Shown here: piece after piece, positions 19,108 to 29,827 of the stretch
Position numbering within the stretch: the first letter of the stretch is position 1
How the letters are laid out: each line of letters opens with the position of its first letter
Source of the DNA: Thermoproteota archaeon
Lineage (GTDB): Archaea > Thermoproteota > Methanomethylicia > Culexarchaeales > Culexarchaeaceae
DNA length: 64,000 nt
Direction of reading: 5' to 3'
Assembly: GCA_020833005.1 (NCBI GenBank)
Contig: JAJHRD010000003.1
Span: 63,567 to 127,566 of the forward strand
Translations under genes and position numbers: made by a program
The notes under the pieces: model-generated
The model's database searches: none
What the model was told of the DNA's origin: nothing
What the model saw: the letters and a program-made list of their open reading frames with translations, nothing else

Positions 19108-22098
19108 TTATGGAAATTTCCATTCCATAGCTATATGCCTGATTAATCTTGCAACATTCATTGAATGCCTTTCAGGGGAGTTCCCAATACTTCTAACATT
19201 CAATAATATTTTACATTCACCATCATCAACATGAGCATCCAATGAGCATCTACTACTATTCTTGGAAGCTAAGCCGGAGCCAGAATCATAAATGAAGATG
19301 AGTCTATAAACCTTTGCACCATTAGATTCAACTCTTTTGTCAATTATTCTAATGGATTCCTCAATTGATGATGGATAATCCTTCAATCTGCTATAAATAT
19401 AGTTAATGAAATCATCAACGGAGGCTGGATCCAGTCTAATTGGAATATCAAATGTGTCAAGTCTACCTTCATCTGTGAATTTAGTTGTCCTCCTTATATT
19501 CCAGAGTTTTGATGGAACAACCATTAACGCAGACCTGAAAACTATTGAGAAACCAGCAATTAATGCTATGAGGGAAATGCTTAGTGATAAGATAACCCAT
19601 GTGAATGATACCTTTGGGAATACTGCTATACTACTGGTGATAGACATCAACTTATACAATAGAAGTCCAGCAACATAGCCTAAGGAGCCTGCTGAGAAAC
19701 CCATTATAATTGATTCGTTGAGGAATATCCTAAATATCTGTGATGGGGAGGCTCCAAGGGAAGTTATGATTACAGTTTCATTCTCCCTCTCACGTAGAGA
19801 AGCTGTGGCCGAGATTATGGCATTAATGGATATTAATACCATTGGCAATAGGGCTTCGAAACCACTTGTAGCAAGATATTCAGCTAAAATCATGTTAACA
19901 CATTTTTCACCACTTAAAATTGTTACGAGGATGTTGCCACCCCTCAAAGCAATAATTTTACCAAGAGAATTTATGTCTACATTGGATGGGTATGAGGCAT
20001 ACACCCTAGTTACTTGTAGTCCATAATTGCCAATATCAGACAAATGTATGAAGACAACCTCCCTAGGTTCACAAACCATTGAAGAATAAATATCTGGAAC
20101 ACCATCACCACCCTTCATACTAAGAACCATCTTGTATGGGAGTATTGGTCTACCACTCAACTCCCGCAACCCGTATATAATATTATCATCAAACAATCCG
20201 CAAACAACATATTGCTTACCAAGAACCCTAATTGAACTACCAACTTTAAGACCTAAGCTCCGAGCTAAAGAGGAACTTATGGCTATCTCACCACTCCTCA
20301 TTGGGAGATTACCATCCACAAATGCTGATGAAACTAGACGAGCCGCAGGATCCATCAAGTCGGAGAAACTTACAATACCCATAACAAAATTATTTTCATC
20401 AAACCTCCAATATGGAGTAACCTTAGCCTTAGATTCAGCCCTAAAACTTTCATAAGATACATTACCAAGCATTTTCAACATGTTCAAAACTGATAATGGA
20501 ACTGCTTGGGCATATGGGTTATTTTCTGCATCCATAGGGCTGAACCCAGCTACAGAATAAGATTCCGGAACCTTAACCTCAACGCTCAAACCACTTGCAT
20601 TATACGAGTTCTCCCTAACATAGGTTAACAAGTCCACTTCAAAGGAGAAGGAGGTTAAAGCTATGAATCCCGCTGTAAATACAATCAATGAAATCATTAT
20701 AAGTGTAGTTCTAAGCTTCCTCCTCCTCAAATTCCTCTTAGATATGGAGAGCAACTCAGCAGAATTTGATATGAATTTTGATACTGGGAATTTTGAGGTA
20801 ACAATCTCCAATAATCCTCCAAGTATTGGAGGTAATAATATTGCTTGTGGAATAATGGAGTTTATTTTATAAGCGAGGGGGTAGCTTGTGGATAGTAGAT
20901 ATAGGAGTAGTGTATATAAAGCTGCTGAAATACCTAACTTCAATATCAAACGTTCACTAACAAGATATCCTATGGCAAGTGAACCTATTCCAAAGAATAT
21001 TAAGAGGAGGTTTAATGAGGAATATGCATCACTATACAATCCATCTATAGTTGAAGATAGATTTTGAAGTAAAACACAACAATTCCTCAAAGTTGCAAAG
21101 GCAGCTGATGGGTTACCTTCATTAAAACTCTTCTCAGCATCTTGAATTAGCATCCTGATCTTATTAAGCTGTGAATATAAGCTGGTGGTGTAGAAGCCAT
21201 CCATTCTAGCAACATCCAACTTACTTAAAACCCTATCATACATGGAATTTACAACTCTAAATGAATCTTTAAGAGAAACATCATAAACTGTGAAGGTTAG
21301 AATATCACCAGCCTTGAAAACTCTAAAATCATCAAATAATTTCAAATTCAAGTAGGTTTCACGTATCGTTGGCGTTATCGAAGTAGTTCTACCGAAAATT
21401 ACTGTGGATGGAACTGTTAAAGCCTCTTGAAAAACTCCCGTGACCACGACATTAACTGGATACCCAGCTGGCACTGGAACCACTTCACCATTAACCCCAG
21501 CATCCTGGAAGTATCGAGAAATCTCTTTAAAATCATATTTTAATATGCAATTCAAACCTTCAGGCAAAGAAACTCCAACCTCAACTTCATATATAACGCG
21601 AACAGCTGGATTGCTGTAGTTAACATGCATAAACCCTCCAGAAAACATGATGGTAGCAGCTGGGATAAGTGTAAAGTTAATTGTTAAATTAGAGGAAGTT
21701 GTAGGTAGACTTTTAGACAAATATGCTGGAACGTAATCAGGGAGATTTGTACTATTACTCAAATGGATGGCGAAAACCCTAATGGATGGAAGCCTAGACA
21801 AATACTTAAGCAAGTTAAATTTAACACTTAAACTATAGAAGCCATTCACGTCACTCCTCGTCTTATTCCATAACTCCACAGTATCATAGTATTCCCTATA
21901 AAGGAGTATTATGGTGCCATCAAGCGGGCTGCCATCACCAACTCTACGTACATAACCACTAATACATATGCGCACATCATATTGTGAATCAGCATAAACC
22001 TTCATAGATGTGAATGTTGATGTAAATATCAAGGAAATTGCTAATATAATTGTTATATATGTAGCCAATGAAGTAAATCGCTGAAAGCAAATCATCAA
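19108..22098 (-). CDS. Large (996 aa) membrane protein: N-terminal signal + carboxypeptidase-regulatory-like beta domain, two clusters of TM helices (FtsX/MacB-permease-like topology), cytoplasmic C-terminal tail
   Basis: Signal peptide, then YDVRICISGYVRRVGDGSPLDGTIILL (CarboxypepD_reg-like). Hydrophobic clusters at about aa 370-480 and about 700-850. No ATPase partner nearby. Confidence 0.4.
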   Translation of the reverse strand: MMICFQRFTSLATYITIILAISLIFTSTFTSMKVYADSQYDVRICISGYVRRVGDGSPLDGTIILLYREYYDTVELWNKTRSDVNGFYSLSVKFNLLKYLSRLPSIRVFAIHLSNSTNLPDYVPAYLSKSLPTTSSNLTINFTLIPAATIMFSGGFMHVNYSNPAVRVIYEVEVGVSLPEGLNCILKYDFKEISRYFQDAGVNGEVVPVPAGYPVNVVVTGVFQEALTVPSTVIFGRTTSITPTIRETYLNLKLFDDFRVFKAGDILTFTVYDVSLKDSFRVVNSMYDRVLSKLDVARMDGFYTTSLYSQLNKIRMLIQDAEKSFNEGNPSAAFATLRNCCVLLQNLSSTIDGLYSDAYSSLNLLLIFFGIGSLAIGYLVSERLILKLGISAALYTLLLYLLSTSYPLAYKINSIIPQAILLPPILGGLLEIVTSKFPVSKFISNSAELLSISKRNLRRRKLRTTLIMISLIVFTAGFIALTSFSFEVDLLTYVRENSYNASGLSVEVKVPESYSVAGFSPMDAENNPYAQAVPLSVLNMLKMLGNVSYESFRAESKAKVTPYWRFDENNFVMGIVSFSDLMDPAARLVSSAFVDGNLPMRSGEIAISSSLARSLGLKVGSSIRVLGKQYVVCGLFDDNIIYGLRELSGRPILPYKMVLSMKGGDGVPDIYSSMVCEPREVVFIHLSDIGNYGLQVTRVYASYPSNVDINSLGKIIALRGGNILVTILSGEKCVNMILAEYLATSGFEALLPMVLISINAIISATASLRERENETVIITSLGASPSQIFRIFLNESIIMGFSAGSLGYVAGLLLYKLMSITSSIAVFPKVSFTWVILSLSISLIALIAGFSIVFRSALMVVPSKLWNIRRTTKFTDEGRLDTFDIPIRLDPASVDDFINYIYSRLKDYPSSIEESIRIIDKRVESNGAKVYRLIFIYDSGSGLASKNSSRCSLDAHVDDGECKILLNVRSIGNSPERHSMNVARLIRHIAMEWKFP

Positions 22099-22121
22099 TA
22101 ATAGTTTAATGGAGAATTACG

Positions 22122-22136
22122 TTAATAAGGGTTACT
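22122..22136. promoter_or_regulatory. Conserved 15-mer TTAATAAGGGTTACT in the promoter region of the 996-aa membrane protein gene (second copy at 29738)
   Basis: A 12/12 identical core TTAATAAGGGTT, extended to 14/15, shared with 29738..29752. Located 15-30 nt upstream of the minus-strand start. Confidence 0.3.
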
Positions 22137-22197
22137 CAAGCTAGGTTAAGGTCAATTTATTCGCTAACTCACATAGATATGTAAAATGTATGTGGGG

Positions 22198-22809
22198 TCA
22201 GGCATAGTTTTTGAATTTCTCAAATATTGTTGGTGCTACCTTTAAAACTTCCCTCAACATTAACTTAGCCATCTCCCTAATCTCCCACTGCGCATCCACC
22301 ATCAACCTCAAACTGAAGAAGTGGAGCAATTCCCTAGCATTCATTGTAACCACTATTGATGTCCCCACTGCTTGCGGGACAATGTATCTTGCATCCTCCT
22401 TATCGATACCTAGACTTAGAAGCTTCTCATAAGCTTCCATGCATTGATTTAATGCTTCCATGAATATCTTCTTAGCTTCAGGATTACTTTCAATTGATGG
22501 TGGAATAACGAAATTTTTCGGGTTTATTTTAACAGCCCTCTGACTCTGCTGACTATATGATGCAATCCTATGCCTAACAAGCTGATGGGAGGTAACCCTA
22601 GATATACCTTCAATTAGAAATGTGAATGATGCATGTTCGATTGGGCTTAAATGACCCATTTCAATGCAATTCCTTATAAGCCGCTTAACATCCTCATCAC
22701 TTAATTCCGAAAGTATCTTGTCAGCACCAACACTACTCCTACACTGCCTAATAGCTGCAGCCACAACCCTCTCAGGATTAGGGGTATGAGCTATCAGTAC
22801 TACCCTCAA
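22198..22809 (-). CDS. thyX: Flavin-dependent thymidylate synthase ThyX
   Basis: ThyX signature [13 protein letters not shown] (RHRxxxxxQxSxR). Confidence 0.9.
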   Translation of the reverse strand: MRVVLIAHTPNPERVVAAAIRQCRSSVGADKILSELSDEDVKRLIRNCIEMGHLSPIEHASFTFLIEGISRVTSHQLVRHRIASYSQQSQRAVKINPKNFVIPPSIESNPEAKKIFMEALNQCMEAYEKLLSLGIDKEDARYIVPQAVGTSIVVTMNARELLHFFSLRLMVDAQWEIREMAKLMLREVLKVAPTIFEKFKNYA

Positions 22810-22893
22810 ATCAAAACACCAAACACAAACTTATTATACAATTGTTGGAAATCACAATATAAAAGTAATGTTGGAAGTTGGAGTGGTCTGAAT

Positions 22894-24174
22894 ATGAGTT
22901 TAATTAAAAGGGCGAAGATGGGATTGAAAGATGATGTTGTCAAGGAGGTAGCAGTTAATGAGGGTGTGGAAGAGGAAAAGTTGTTAAGGCTAATAGCTGA
23001 GGGGAGAGTCATAATACCAAGAAACAATGTGAACAGAGAGATGAAGATAATTGGAATAGGGGAAGGTTTAACCACGAAGGTTAATGTTAACATTGGCACA
23101 TCAAACTTATATGTAAACCCCGAAATGGAGGTTAGAAAGGCTGAGGTAGCTGTAAAATTCGGTGCAGACACAATAATGGATCTAAGCACTGGTGGAAACT
23201 TGGATGAAATTAGAAGAATGCTGATGAAGAAAGCACCAATACCATTTGGAACTGTGCCAATATATCAAGCATTCATAGAAGCAACTGTGAGGAAGGGGGC
23301 TGGAATACATATGACTGAAGACGACATATTCAACACAATAGAGAAGCATTTGAAAGATGGAGTTGACTTCATGACAATACATGCAGGGATAACCATGGAA
23401 ATCGTGGAGAAGGCTCTAAAAACCAATAGGATTACTGGAATAGTGAGTAGGGGTGGAGCAATGCTTGCAGCATGGATGATAGAAAATAAACGTGAAAACC
23501 CACTATACAAGAATTATGATTATCTAATGGAGTTACTCTCAAAATATGATGCTGTGATAAGTCTTGGAGATGCATTGAGACCTGGATCAATACTGGATGC
23601 ACATGACTACCTACAAATGGCTGAAATGCTAACTGTATCAAGGCTTGTTGAAGAAGCATGGAAGCATAATGTACAAGTAATGGTTGAGGGACCTGGACAT
23701 ATGCCATTAAATCAAATAGAAGCCAATGTGCGATTGGAAAAGCAACTCTGTAAAGGGGCACCATACTACGTCTTAGGACCACTAACAACGGATATAGGGG
23801 CTGGATACGATCACATAGTATCTGCAATAGGGGCGGCAATAGCAGCTGCAAGTGGAGCTGACATAATATGCTACCTAACACCATCAGAACACCTTGGATT
23901 ACCAGATGAGGAAGATGTGAAGGAAGGGTTGATAGCAGCAAAACTTGCAGCACACTCGGGGGATATAGTTAAACTTGGGGAGAGAGCTTTGAAAAGGGAT
24001 TTGGAGATGTCCATAGCTAGAGCAAACCTAAATTGGGATGAAATGTATAAACTTTCACCAGACCCTGAAAGGGCTAAGAAACTCCATGAAAGATTCGGTT
24101 TGAAGGGGAAGGTATGCACCATGTGTGGGGAATACTGTGTATATAGGATATTGAAGTTGAAAACCTCAATTTAA
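22894..24174 (+). CDS. thiC: Phosphomethylpyrimidine synthase ThiC (start at ATG 22894; the longer ORF from 22786 overlaps thyX on the opposite strand)
   Basis: Conserved ThiC core (…DFMTIHAG…VSRGGA…) and C-terminal Cys motif CTMCGEYC. Confidence 0.9.
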   Translation: MSLIKRAKMGLKDDVVKEVAVNEGVEEEKLLRLIAEGRVIIPRNNVNREMKIIGIGEGLTTKVNVNIGTSNLYVNPEMEVRKAEVAVKFGADTIMDLSTGGNLDEIRRMLMKKAPIPFGTVPIYQAFIEATVRKGAGIHMTEDDIFNTIEKHLKDGVDFMTIHAGITMEIVEKALKTNRITGIVSRGGAMLAAWMIENKRENPLYKNYDYLMELLSKYDAVISLGDALRPGSILDAHDYLQMAEMLTVSRLVEEAWKHNVQVMVEGPGHMPLNQIEANVRLEKQLCKGAPYYVLGPLTTDIGAGYDHIVSAIGAAIAAASGADIICYLTPSEHLGLPDEEDVKEGLIAAKLAAHSGDIVKLGERALKRDLEMSIARANLNWDEMYKLSPDPERAKKLHERFGLKGKVCTMCGEYCVYRILKLKTSI

Positions 24175-24175
24175 A

Positions 24176-24850
24176 TTATTGATTCCCAACGTAAACTTCA
24201 ACCTCAACTTCACTTCCATCTACAAGTTTAAGTGCATCCCTAATACTTATTGGAGCTAAAATCTCAATAACATCATCACCATAATGCGTCCTCTCAACTA
24301 GAATTACAGCACAATCAATCCCATCAATCTTAGCTTTAAAGCATTTAGCTCCACCATAACTCCTAACACCATTATAAAAGCCTACTATGGGTATACCAGT
24401 TATAAGCTTCAAAACCTTTTTAACCTCAATATCATGAAACCCCTTCAACTTTAAATTCAAAGTTCCAGGGTAGGGGTCGAAGCCAAGCTTCTCAATGAAC
24501 TGCCTCCTATAATGTGGAATACTCGTATAAAACCTGCCTTCACCAAGACCACTAAAAACTATACCCCTAAACTTCAGTTTATCTGGGAAACTTTCGAAAA
24601 TTCTACCCAAATTTACATATAGCTCCCTCAAAACTTCAGCACCCTTCTCAGTTATCCTAATAATTTGACCCTTACCATATACACTTCTACTTATCAATCC
24701 AAGCTTCTCAAGTTCAATAAGCCACCTGGAAACACTCTGCTGCGATACGCCCATGAGATCCTTCAATTTCGTTGTCTTTATGGGTATTGGACTTCTCAAA
24801 GCTCCCATAAGAGCCAATTGATATAATGTTATGAGCAAACTACCCTTCAT
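24176..24850 (-). CDS. ribK: Archaeal CTP-dependent riboflavin kinase fused to an N-terminal winged-helix DNA-binding domain (RbkR-type)
   Basis: N-terminal HTH VSQQSVSRWLIELEKLGLI. The C-terminus GIVFSGLGEGRFY...PGTLNLKL matches MJ0056-type riboflavin kinase. An internal Met start avoids overlap with the next gene. Confidence 0.7.
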   Translation of the reverse strand: MKGSLLITLYQLALMGALRSPIPIKTTKLKDLMGVSQQSVSRWLIELEKLGLISRSVYGKGQIIRITEKGAEVLRELYVNLGRIFESFPDKLKFRGIVFSGLGEGRFYTSIPHYRRQFIEKLGFDPYPGTLNLKLKGFHDIEVKKVLKLITGIPIVGFYNGVRSYGGAKCFKAKIDGIDCAVILVERTHYGDDVIEILAPISIRDALKLVDGSEVEVEVYVGNQ

Positions 24851-24909
24851 ATACACCACAAAAATAGGTGAAATATTGTTAATATTAATTTTGATTTCAA
24901 ACGCCTTCT

Positions 24910-27378
24910 TCAATGGAGAATGGCATTGAATAGGAATTTGAATGTGGCTGGAGTTTGACATCTACTGTATACTGGAACTCCTAGGAGGATTATCCTACCA
25001 TACCCCTTAGGGACATCGACTATTGCGGCAGCATTATACAAGTATTTCTCACCCAAAATCCAACCACTTAGAAGTGGATTTGATTGGGGGTATCTTGCAA
25101 CCACATATTCTTCGGGACATTTGAATGCTGGACTATTTATGAACATAACGGCTGAATCCACATCCATTCCAAACCCTACTGGATGCCTATTATTCACTAT
25201 AACCCTTAAAATTGATCCTGGAATATAGAAATCGTTTGGTTTAAGCCCTTCCAAAACATTTACAACTGGAATCCACATACGCTTAATTGGTAATTCGCAA
25301 CTAGCATCAATTGTTATGAGTTTTCCACCATTAGCTACAAATTCATTCAAGTGATCTACACCAACATCCCCTATTCCACCAGCATACTCAGGCGGAACTT
25401 CATCTACACTCCTACCATTAATGATGCTATTCATACTTTGACTGGGTATTATTATGACATCATACTTGGAATTTAAATGTCCACGTCTAATATCATCATT
25501 ACCAATAGTAGTGTATGGAATGTTGAACATTTCAAATAGGAATCTAGCCCACCCCTCCTCAGAATTTGGAATCCAATTCCTATATAAACCAACCCTGGGA
25601 ATATTAAGTTCAGCTAGCTTTATGTTTGGTAATTCATTATAGGCATACAATTCAACTGGAAGCCCTTTCAAAAACTCATTTAAACGATTCCTCAAAGTGG
25701 AACTATTCTCAATTATAAATGCCCCTGGAGGCATTCTAACACTATTGAAGCTTAAATCTTCAAAAGCCCTATAAACCCTTATTCCCTCACCTAAAAGTTT
25801 GAATACAAGTTTATATGATGCATTGGATTCAGGTGGAGCAACAAGGTATTTAGAATCAGCATCGCCAATCACAAATCCATCTGGAAATTCAACTTTATCC
25901 AACTCCGAACTCTTAACTTTGAATTCCTTGTTCACAGTATAAACTTTAACGTTCATCATTAATGGAAGAGTCCACGCAGTTAAATCGTAAGGTCTCTTCG
26001 GCGGCGATTCAGGGGTTTCCCTAAGGTCAGGATACTGCTGAACTTCAAGTAGGGTTTTCGCATACCTACCGTATGGTTGGGCGAAATATATTATGAAAGT
26101 CCCCTTCGGAAACTCTATACCATCTGCAGTGAATGACTCCTCAGCAACATTAATTTTAACCAAACCTTTATGTAGAATGCTGAGCAACCAGTAGAGATTG
26201 TATAAGTCCTTCTGCCTCCTCGGAATTATGAAGGCGAAGGGTCCATCTTCAGGTTTAATGGCACGCTTAAATATTTCAACAGTATTTGCAAGCCACATCC
26301 TCCTATACTTTGCAGCATTCCTGAGACAAGCCAATACTGCCACAAGCTCATAATCCACAATATCCCTAAGCCTCCACCTCCCACCACGCCATGGATTCGG
26401 ATTATTCCACCTCTGTTTAGAGGGGTCTAAGCCTATAACTGGCCGTAAATCTTGAGGCTTAATATCTATGGGTGTAGCTATCTTCACACTGGCAGCTTCT
26501 GAAAGTATTCTTATCCCACCATGATAATGTTGATATGCTCTAGCTGGAGTCCAAGCATCATATATGGCATAACATGCCACACCCTTAAATCCTCTACCAA
26601 TAAGTTCATTTGCCATTGAAGAACCCATGAAGACGATCTCCTGCTGTAATATGGGGTCAACATTTGGATCTATTGGATCTAGGTATGGTGGAAGCCAAAA
26701 TCTAGGGCCGTATGGACCCATCTGATGTAAATCGTAAACTATTTGTGGATGCCACTTATTGTGAACCTTCTCAACCACAAGTCTAGTTTCAACTAGATTC
26801 AACATAAACCAATCCCTATTATTATCGTGACCAGCATACTTGTGATATAGCCATGGGGGAGAAGAACCCTCATACCTTGTACCTAGAGTCTTATTATACC
26901 AATCTACAACCATAACATGTCCATCAGGGTTAAGTGATGGAATTAATAGGAGGATTACGTTATCCAATATCTCCCTAATATCATCTGAATCCTCCGTTGC
27001 AAGCTTGTAGAGGAGTTCCATACTCATCTGGGAAGCAGCAATTTCAGTGGAATGTATGCTACATGTAACTAGAACTATTGTTTTACCCTCCTCAATAAGC
27101 TTTGAAATTTCACCATCACTGAGATTATATGGGTTATGAAGCTTCTCTTGAATAGCCCTATAATAATCTAGTTTCTTCAAATTCTCTGGAGAAGACACTA
27201 TTGCCAAGATCATATCATTACCCTCAGTGGTTTTACCCAAAAATTCCAGTAAAACCCTATCGGAAGTCTCACTAACAATCTTAAAGTACTCTACAATTTG
27301 ACGCCAACTGGCAAGTTTCCTATCTTCCCCAACTCTAAAACCCAGAAAGCTTTCCGGGGTTGGAATACCCTTATTCAT
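24910..27378 (-). CDS. M14-family zinc carboxypeptidase-like protein (822 aa, no signal peptide, long C-terminal extension)
   Basis: HxxE Zn motif (CSIHSTEI), NRD and DLHQ motifs spaced as in M14 carboxypeptidases. Confidence 0.65.
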   Translation of the reverse strand: MNKGIPTPESFLGFRVGEDRKLASWRQIVEYFKIVSETSDRVLLEFLGKTTEGNDMILAIVSSPENLKKLDYYRAIQEKLHNPYNLSDGEISKLIEEGKTIVLVTCSIHSTEIAASQMSMELLYKLATEDSDDIREILDNVILLLIPSLNPDGHVMVVDWYNKTLGTRYEGSSPPWLYHKYAGHDNNRDWFMLNLVETRLVVEKVHNKWHPQIVYDLHQMGPYGPRFWLPPYLDPIDPNVDPILQQEIVFMGSSMANELIGRGFKGVACYAIYDAWTPARAYQHYHGGIRILSEAASVKIATPIDIKPQDLRPVIGLDPSKQRWNNPNPWRGGRWRLRDIVDYELVAVLACLRNAAKYRRMWLANTVEIFKRAIKPEDGPFAFIIPRRQKDLYNLYWLLSILHKGLVKINVAEESFTADGIEFPKGTFIIYFAQPYGRYAKTLLEVQQYPDLRETPESPPKRPYDLTAWTLPLMMNVKVYTVNKEFKVKSSELDKVEFPDGFVIGDADSKYLVAPPESNASYKLVFKLLGEGIRVYRAFEDLSFNSVRMPPGAFIIENSSTLRNRLNEFLKGLPVELYAYNELPNIKLAELNIPRVGLYRNWIPNSEEGWARFLFEMFNIPYTTIGNDDIRRGHLNSKYDVIIIPSQSMNSIINGRSVDEVPPEYAGGIGDVGVDHLNEFVANGGKLITIDASCELPIKRMWIPVVNVLEGLKPNDFYIPGSILRVIVNNRHPVGFGMDVDSAVMFINSPAFKCPEEYVVARYPQSNPLLSGWILGEKYLYNAAAIVDVPKGYGRIILLGVPVYSRCQTPATFKFLFNAILH

Positions 27379-27414
27379 TAAAGAGAATTATGTTGAATCA
27401 TGATTTAAACTTAA

Positions 27415-27490
27415 TGGTAGCCGGGGGGAGATTCGAACTCCCGTCGACGGGGCCAAAGCCCGTCATGCTTGGCCGCTACACCACCCGGCT
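27415..27490 (-). tRNA. tRNA-Gln (anticodon UUG), CCA apparently encoded
   Basis: The reverse complement folds into a cloverleaf. Acceptor AGCCGGG/CCCGGCU. T-arm GGGAG-TTCGAAT-CTCCC. Anticodon stem ACGGG/CCCGT with loop CTTTGGC, giving anticodon TTG. GC-rich island in an AT-rich genome. Confidence 0.8.
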
Positions 27491-27678
27491 AACCCAAATA
27501 ATATTACATAATATCCACGATAAAAATTTCACTCAAGAAGTTTAAATATACCGTTCTATTAACACATAATGAAAAGCGAAAAGTTTATATACTAAATATT
27601 TGCAGTCTTATTTCTGGCTCATTAATCGTGAATTACATGTGTAATTTAGATTTAAATTCTAATGGGGAGGGGAAGAAG

Positions 27679-28638
27679 ATGAGTAGTCATATTGCTGAAT
27701 CTGATGAGAAAACCACTGTTAGCATACAAACCATTGATAAATGTCCAGAATGTGGAAGCACACACTTAATAAGAAACTATGAGAGGGGGGAAGTTGTATG
27801 TGCAGATTGCGGTTTAGTCATAACCGAGAAGGTGGTTGACAGTGGACCTGAATGGAGAGCATTCACACCGGAGGAGAGGCAGAAGAGGAGTAGGGTTGGA
27901 TCACCAACAACATTAACCATACATGATAAGGGATTATCAACAGTTATTGATTGGAGAGATAAGGATGCCATGGGGAAGAAGCTTGAACCAAAGAGGAGGA
28001 TAGAAGTCATTAGATGGAGGAAGTGGCAGATAAGAACTAGAGTTCACAGTTCAATAGATAGGAATCTTGCACAAGCTATGAGTGAACTTGATAGGATAAG
28101 CGCGCAACTAAGCCTCCCAAAGAGCGTTAAGGAGGAAGCTGCAATGATATATAGGAAGGCTGTGGAGAAGGGGCTTGTGAGGGGGAGGAGTATAGAGGCA
28201 GTTATGGCTGCAAGTATATATGCTGCGTGTAGAACGCAAAAGATACCTAGAACCATTGAGGAAATAGCCAAGTACACTAGATCTGGGAGAAAGGAGGTTG
28301 CAAGATGCTATAGGCTAATATTGAAGGAGATCAACATAAGGATACCATTATCAGATGCAGAAACATTTGTACCAAGAATTGCAAGCGAACTAGGCCTAGG
28401 TGGAAGTGTTCAAAGCAAAGCTGTGGAAATAATTAGGAAAGCTAAGGAAATGGTTTTAACTGTTGGGAAGGATCCAGCTGGACTTGCAGCTGCAGCAGTA
28501 TACATAGCTTCACTACTTGAGAACGAGAAGAGAACACAGAAGGAGATTGCAAGGGCAGCTAAGGTTACTGAGGTAACTGTGAGAAATAGGTATAAGGAGT
28601 TGGTTAAGAAGTTGAAGATCCCCCTGCCGGTTGAGTAG
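27679..28638 (+). CDS. tfb: Transcription initiation factor TFB (TFIIB homolog); start at ATG 27679 preceded by a GGAGGGG SD-like sequence (ORF track GTG at 27628 is less likely)
   Basis: N-terminal Zn ribbon CPECGS...CADCGLV and two cyclin-fold repeats with the typical TFB helices. Confidence 0.9.
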   Translation: MSSHIAESDEKTTVSIQTIDKCPECGSTHLIRNYERGEVVCADCGLVITEKVVDSGPEWRAFTPEERQKRSRVGSPTTLTIHDKGLSTVIDWRDKDAMGKKLEPKRRIEVIRWRKWQIRTRVHSSIDRNLAQAMSELDRISAQLSLPKSVKEEAAMIYRKAVEKGLVRGRSIEAVMAASIYAACRTQKIPRTIEEIAKYTRSGRKEVARCYRLILKEINIRIPLSDAETFVPRIASELGLGGSVQSKAVEIIRKAKEMVLTVGKDPAGLAAAAVYIASLLENEKRTQKEIARAAKVTEVTVRNRYKELVKKLKIPLPVE

Positions 28639-29707
28639 CTTTCCTCTTCTTATTGCCAGCAATTTTAATGGTCAACTTCAAATCTTCAATTTTCATCTCT
28701 TTACACTCCAAAAGCCCCTTTTCAACACATTCTTTGAAAAGCTTCTCACCAATACCACTCCTAACGATCACTGTAGTCCAACCATCGGGGGAATCGAGGC
28801 TACCCACAGATATATCTGCAAGCTCAGCTGTGAAATCCCCACAGTACTCGCAAGATTTACGTCCATAACCCTCAATCTCCTTCAAACTTGTGGACAATAT
28901 TGTTTCGTCACCAGACTTAACGATGAATTTCCCACTAGTTATCTCAGTTTTAGTAACCTTATTTATGTCAATCCCCCTACCCATTAAAAAGTTCTTGAAG
29001 AGTGAGGAGTAGTAGAAGGTTTTGGAGCAGAATAAACCTATTGCAAACTTAACTGGCAAACCGTACTTCAATGCCCCATAATCATGATATTGCATCTTCC
29101 TAACCCCAGTAATCTGGCAACCAACACCCACAAACCCAATACTATCAGCTCTAAACTCATCCACAGCTGCTGTTAAAGCCTTCAAATTTGGACTTGCAGT
29201 ATACTTAGATCCAGCACAGCTTAAAATGTCATTCCTATTAAAGGCTACGATAGGCTCTGGTTTGAATGGCTCCTTAGAACTTAACCCGGAGCATATGGCG
29301 CAATCGATGAGTCCAGATTCAATTGCATATATTAGAAGTGTTGAAACAACACCACCATCTTGAGCACGCTTCAAAATTTCAGAATCAGTGGATCTAGCAC
29401 TATAAACACCCTTAACATATCCAATAACATCATGTTTAAAGCTGGATTCAAAAAGCTTTGATATATCACCCTTTGGATTGAATGGTGTGTGAGGACATTG
29501 AGCATAGCAAAATCCACACCCAATGCATCTACCAGCAATACTTGGCTTCTCATCCTTCTCATCAATAACCTTAACTGGGCAAACACCTATACATGCACCA
29601 CAAAAGGAACACTTATCAGCCCTCACAACCTCCGCAAAAAGGTGCCCCCATATCTTAACCTTAAGTCCAAGTACACCATCAGGCTTAACCCTAACACCCA
29701 ACCACAT
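28604..29707 (-). CDS. FrhB/FpoF-family protein (coenzyme F420 hydrogenase/dehydrogenase beta-subunit-like) with N-terminal 2x[4Fe-4S] ferredoxin domain
   Basis: [12 protein letters not shown]...[12 protein letters not shown] ferredoxin motifs, followed by an FrhB-like flavin-binding body. Confidence 0.5.
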   Translation of the reverse strand: MWLGVRVKPDGVLGLKVKIWGHLFAEVVRADKCSFCGACIGVCPVKVIDEKDEKPSIAGRCIGCGFCYAQCPHTPFNPKGDISKLFESSFKHDVIGYVKGVYSARSTDSEILKRAQDGGVVSTLLIYAIESGLIDCAICSGLSSKEPFKPEPIVAFNRNDILSCAGSKYTASPNLKALTAAVDEFRADSIGFVGVGCQITGVRKMQYHDYGALKYGLPVKFAIGLFCSKTFYYSSLFKNFLMGRGIDINKVTKTEITSGKFIVKSGDETILSTSLKEIEGYGRKSCEYCGDFTAELADISVGSLDSPDGWTTVIVRSGIGEKLFKECVEKGLLECKEMKIEDLKLTIKIAGNKKRKATQPAGGSSTS

Positions 29708-29737
29708 TCACCACAAAACAAGTAATATGGGGGAAAA

Positions 29738-29752
29738 TTAATAAGGGTTGCT
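29738..29752. promoter_or_regulatory. Second copy of TTAATAAGGGTTGCT motif in the divergent promoter between the FrhB-like gene and the toroid/HhH-GPD gene pair
   Basis: See 22122..22136. Confidence 0.3.
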
Positions 29753-29827
29753 ATTCGCAATCATGGAAAATAAATATATATTTTAGATTTAGTATGAGGT
29801 TTACGTTATATAAGAATTGAGAAGTGG

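Noticed and set aside
22810-22893. Possible TPP riboswitch upstream of thiC
   Set aside because: No CUGAGA / ACCUGAUCUGGAUAAUGCCAGCG-type conserved elements. The region is short and AT-rich.
22786-22893. 5' extension of thiC overlapping thyX on the opposite strand
   Set aside because: The extension ([17 protein letters not shown]…) is not ThiC-like. The internal ATG at 22894 gives a normal N-terminus and removes the overlap.
27628-27678. GTG start extending TFB by 17 codons ([17 protein letters not shown])
   Set aside because: ATG at 27679 has a GGAGGGG SD-like sequence and gives a canonical TFB N-terminus. The extension is not typical.
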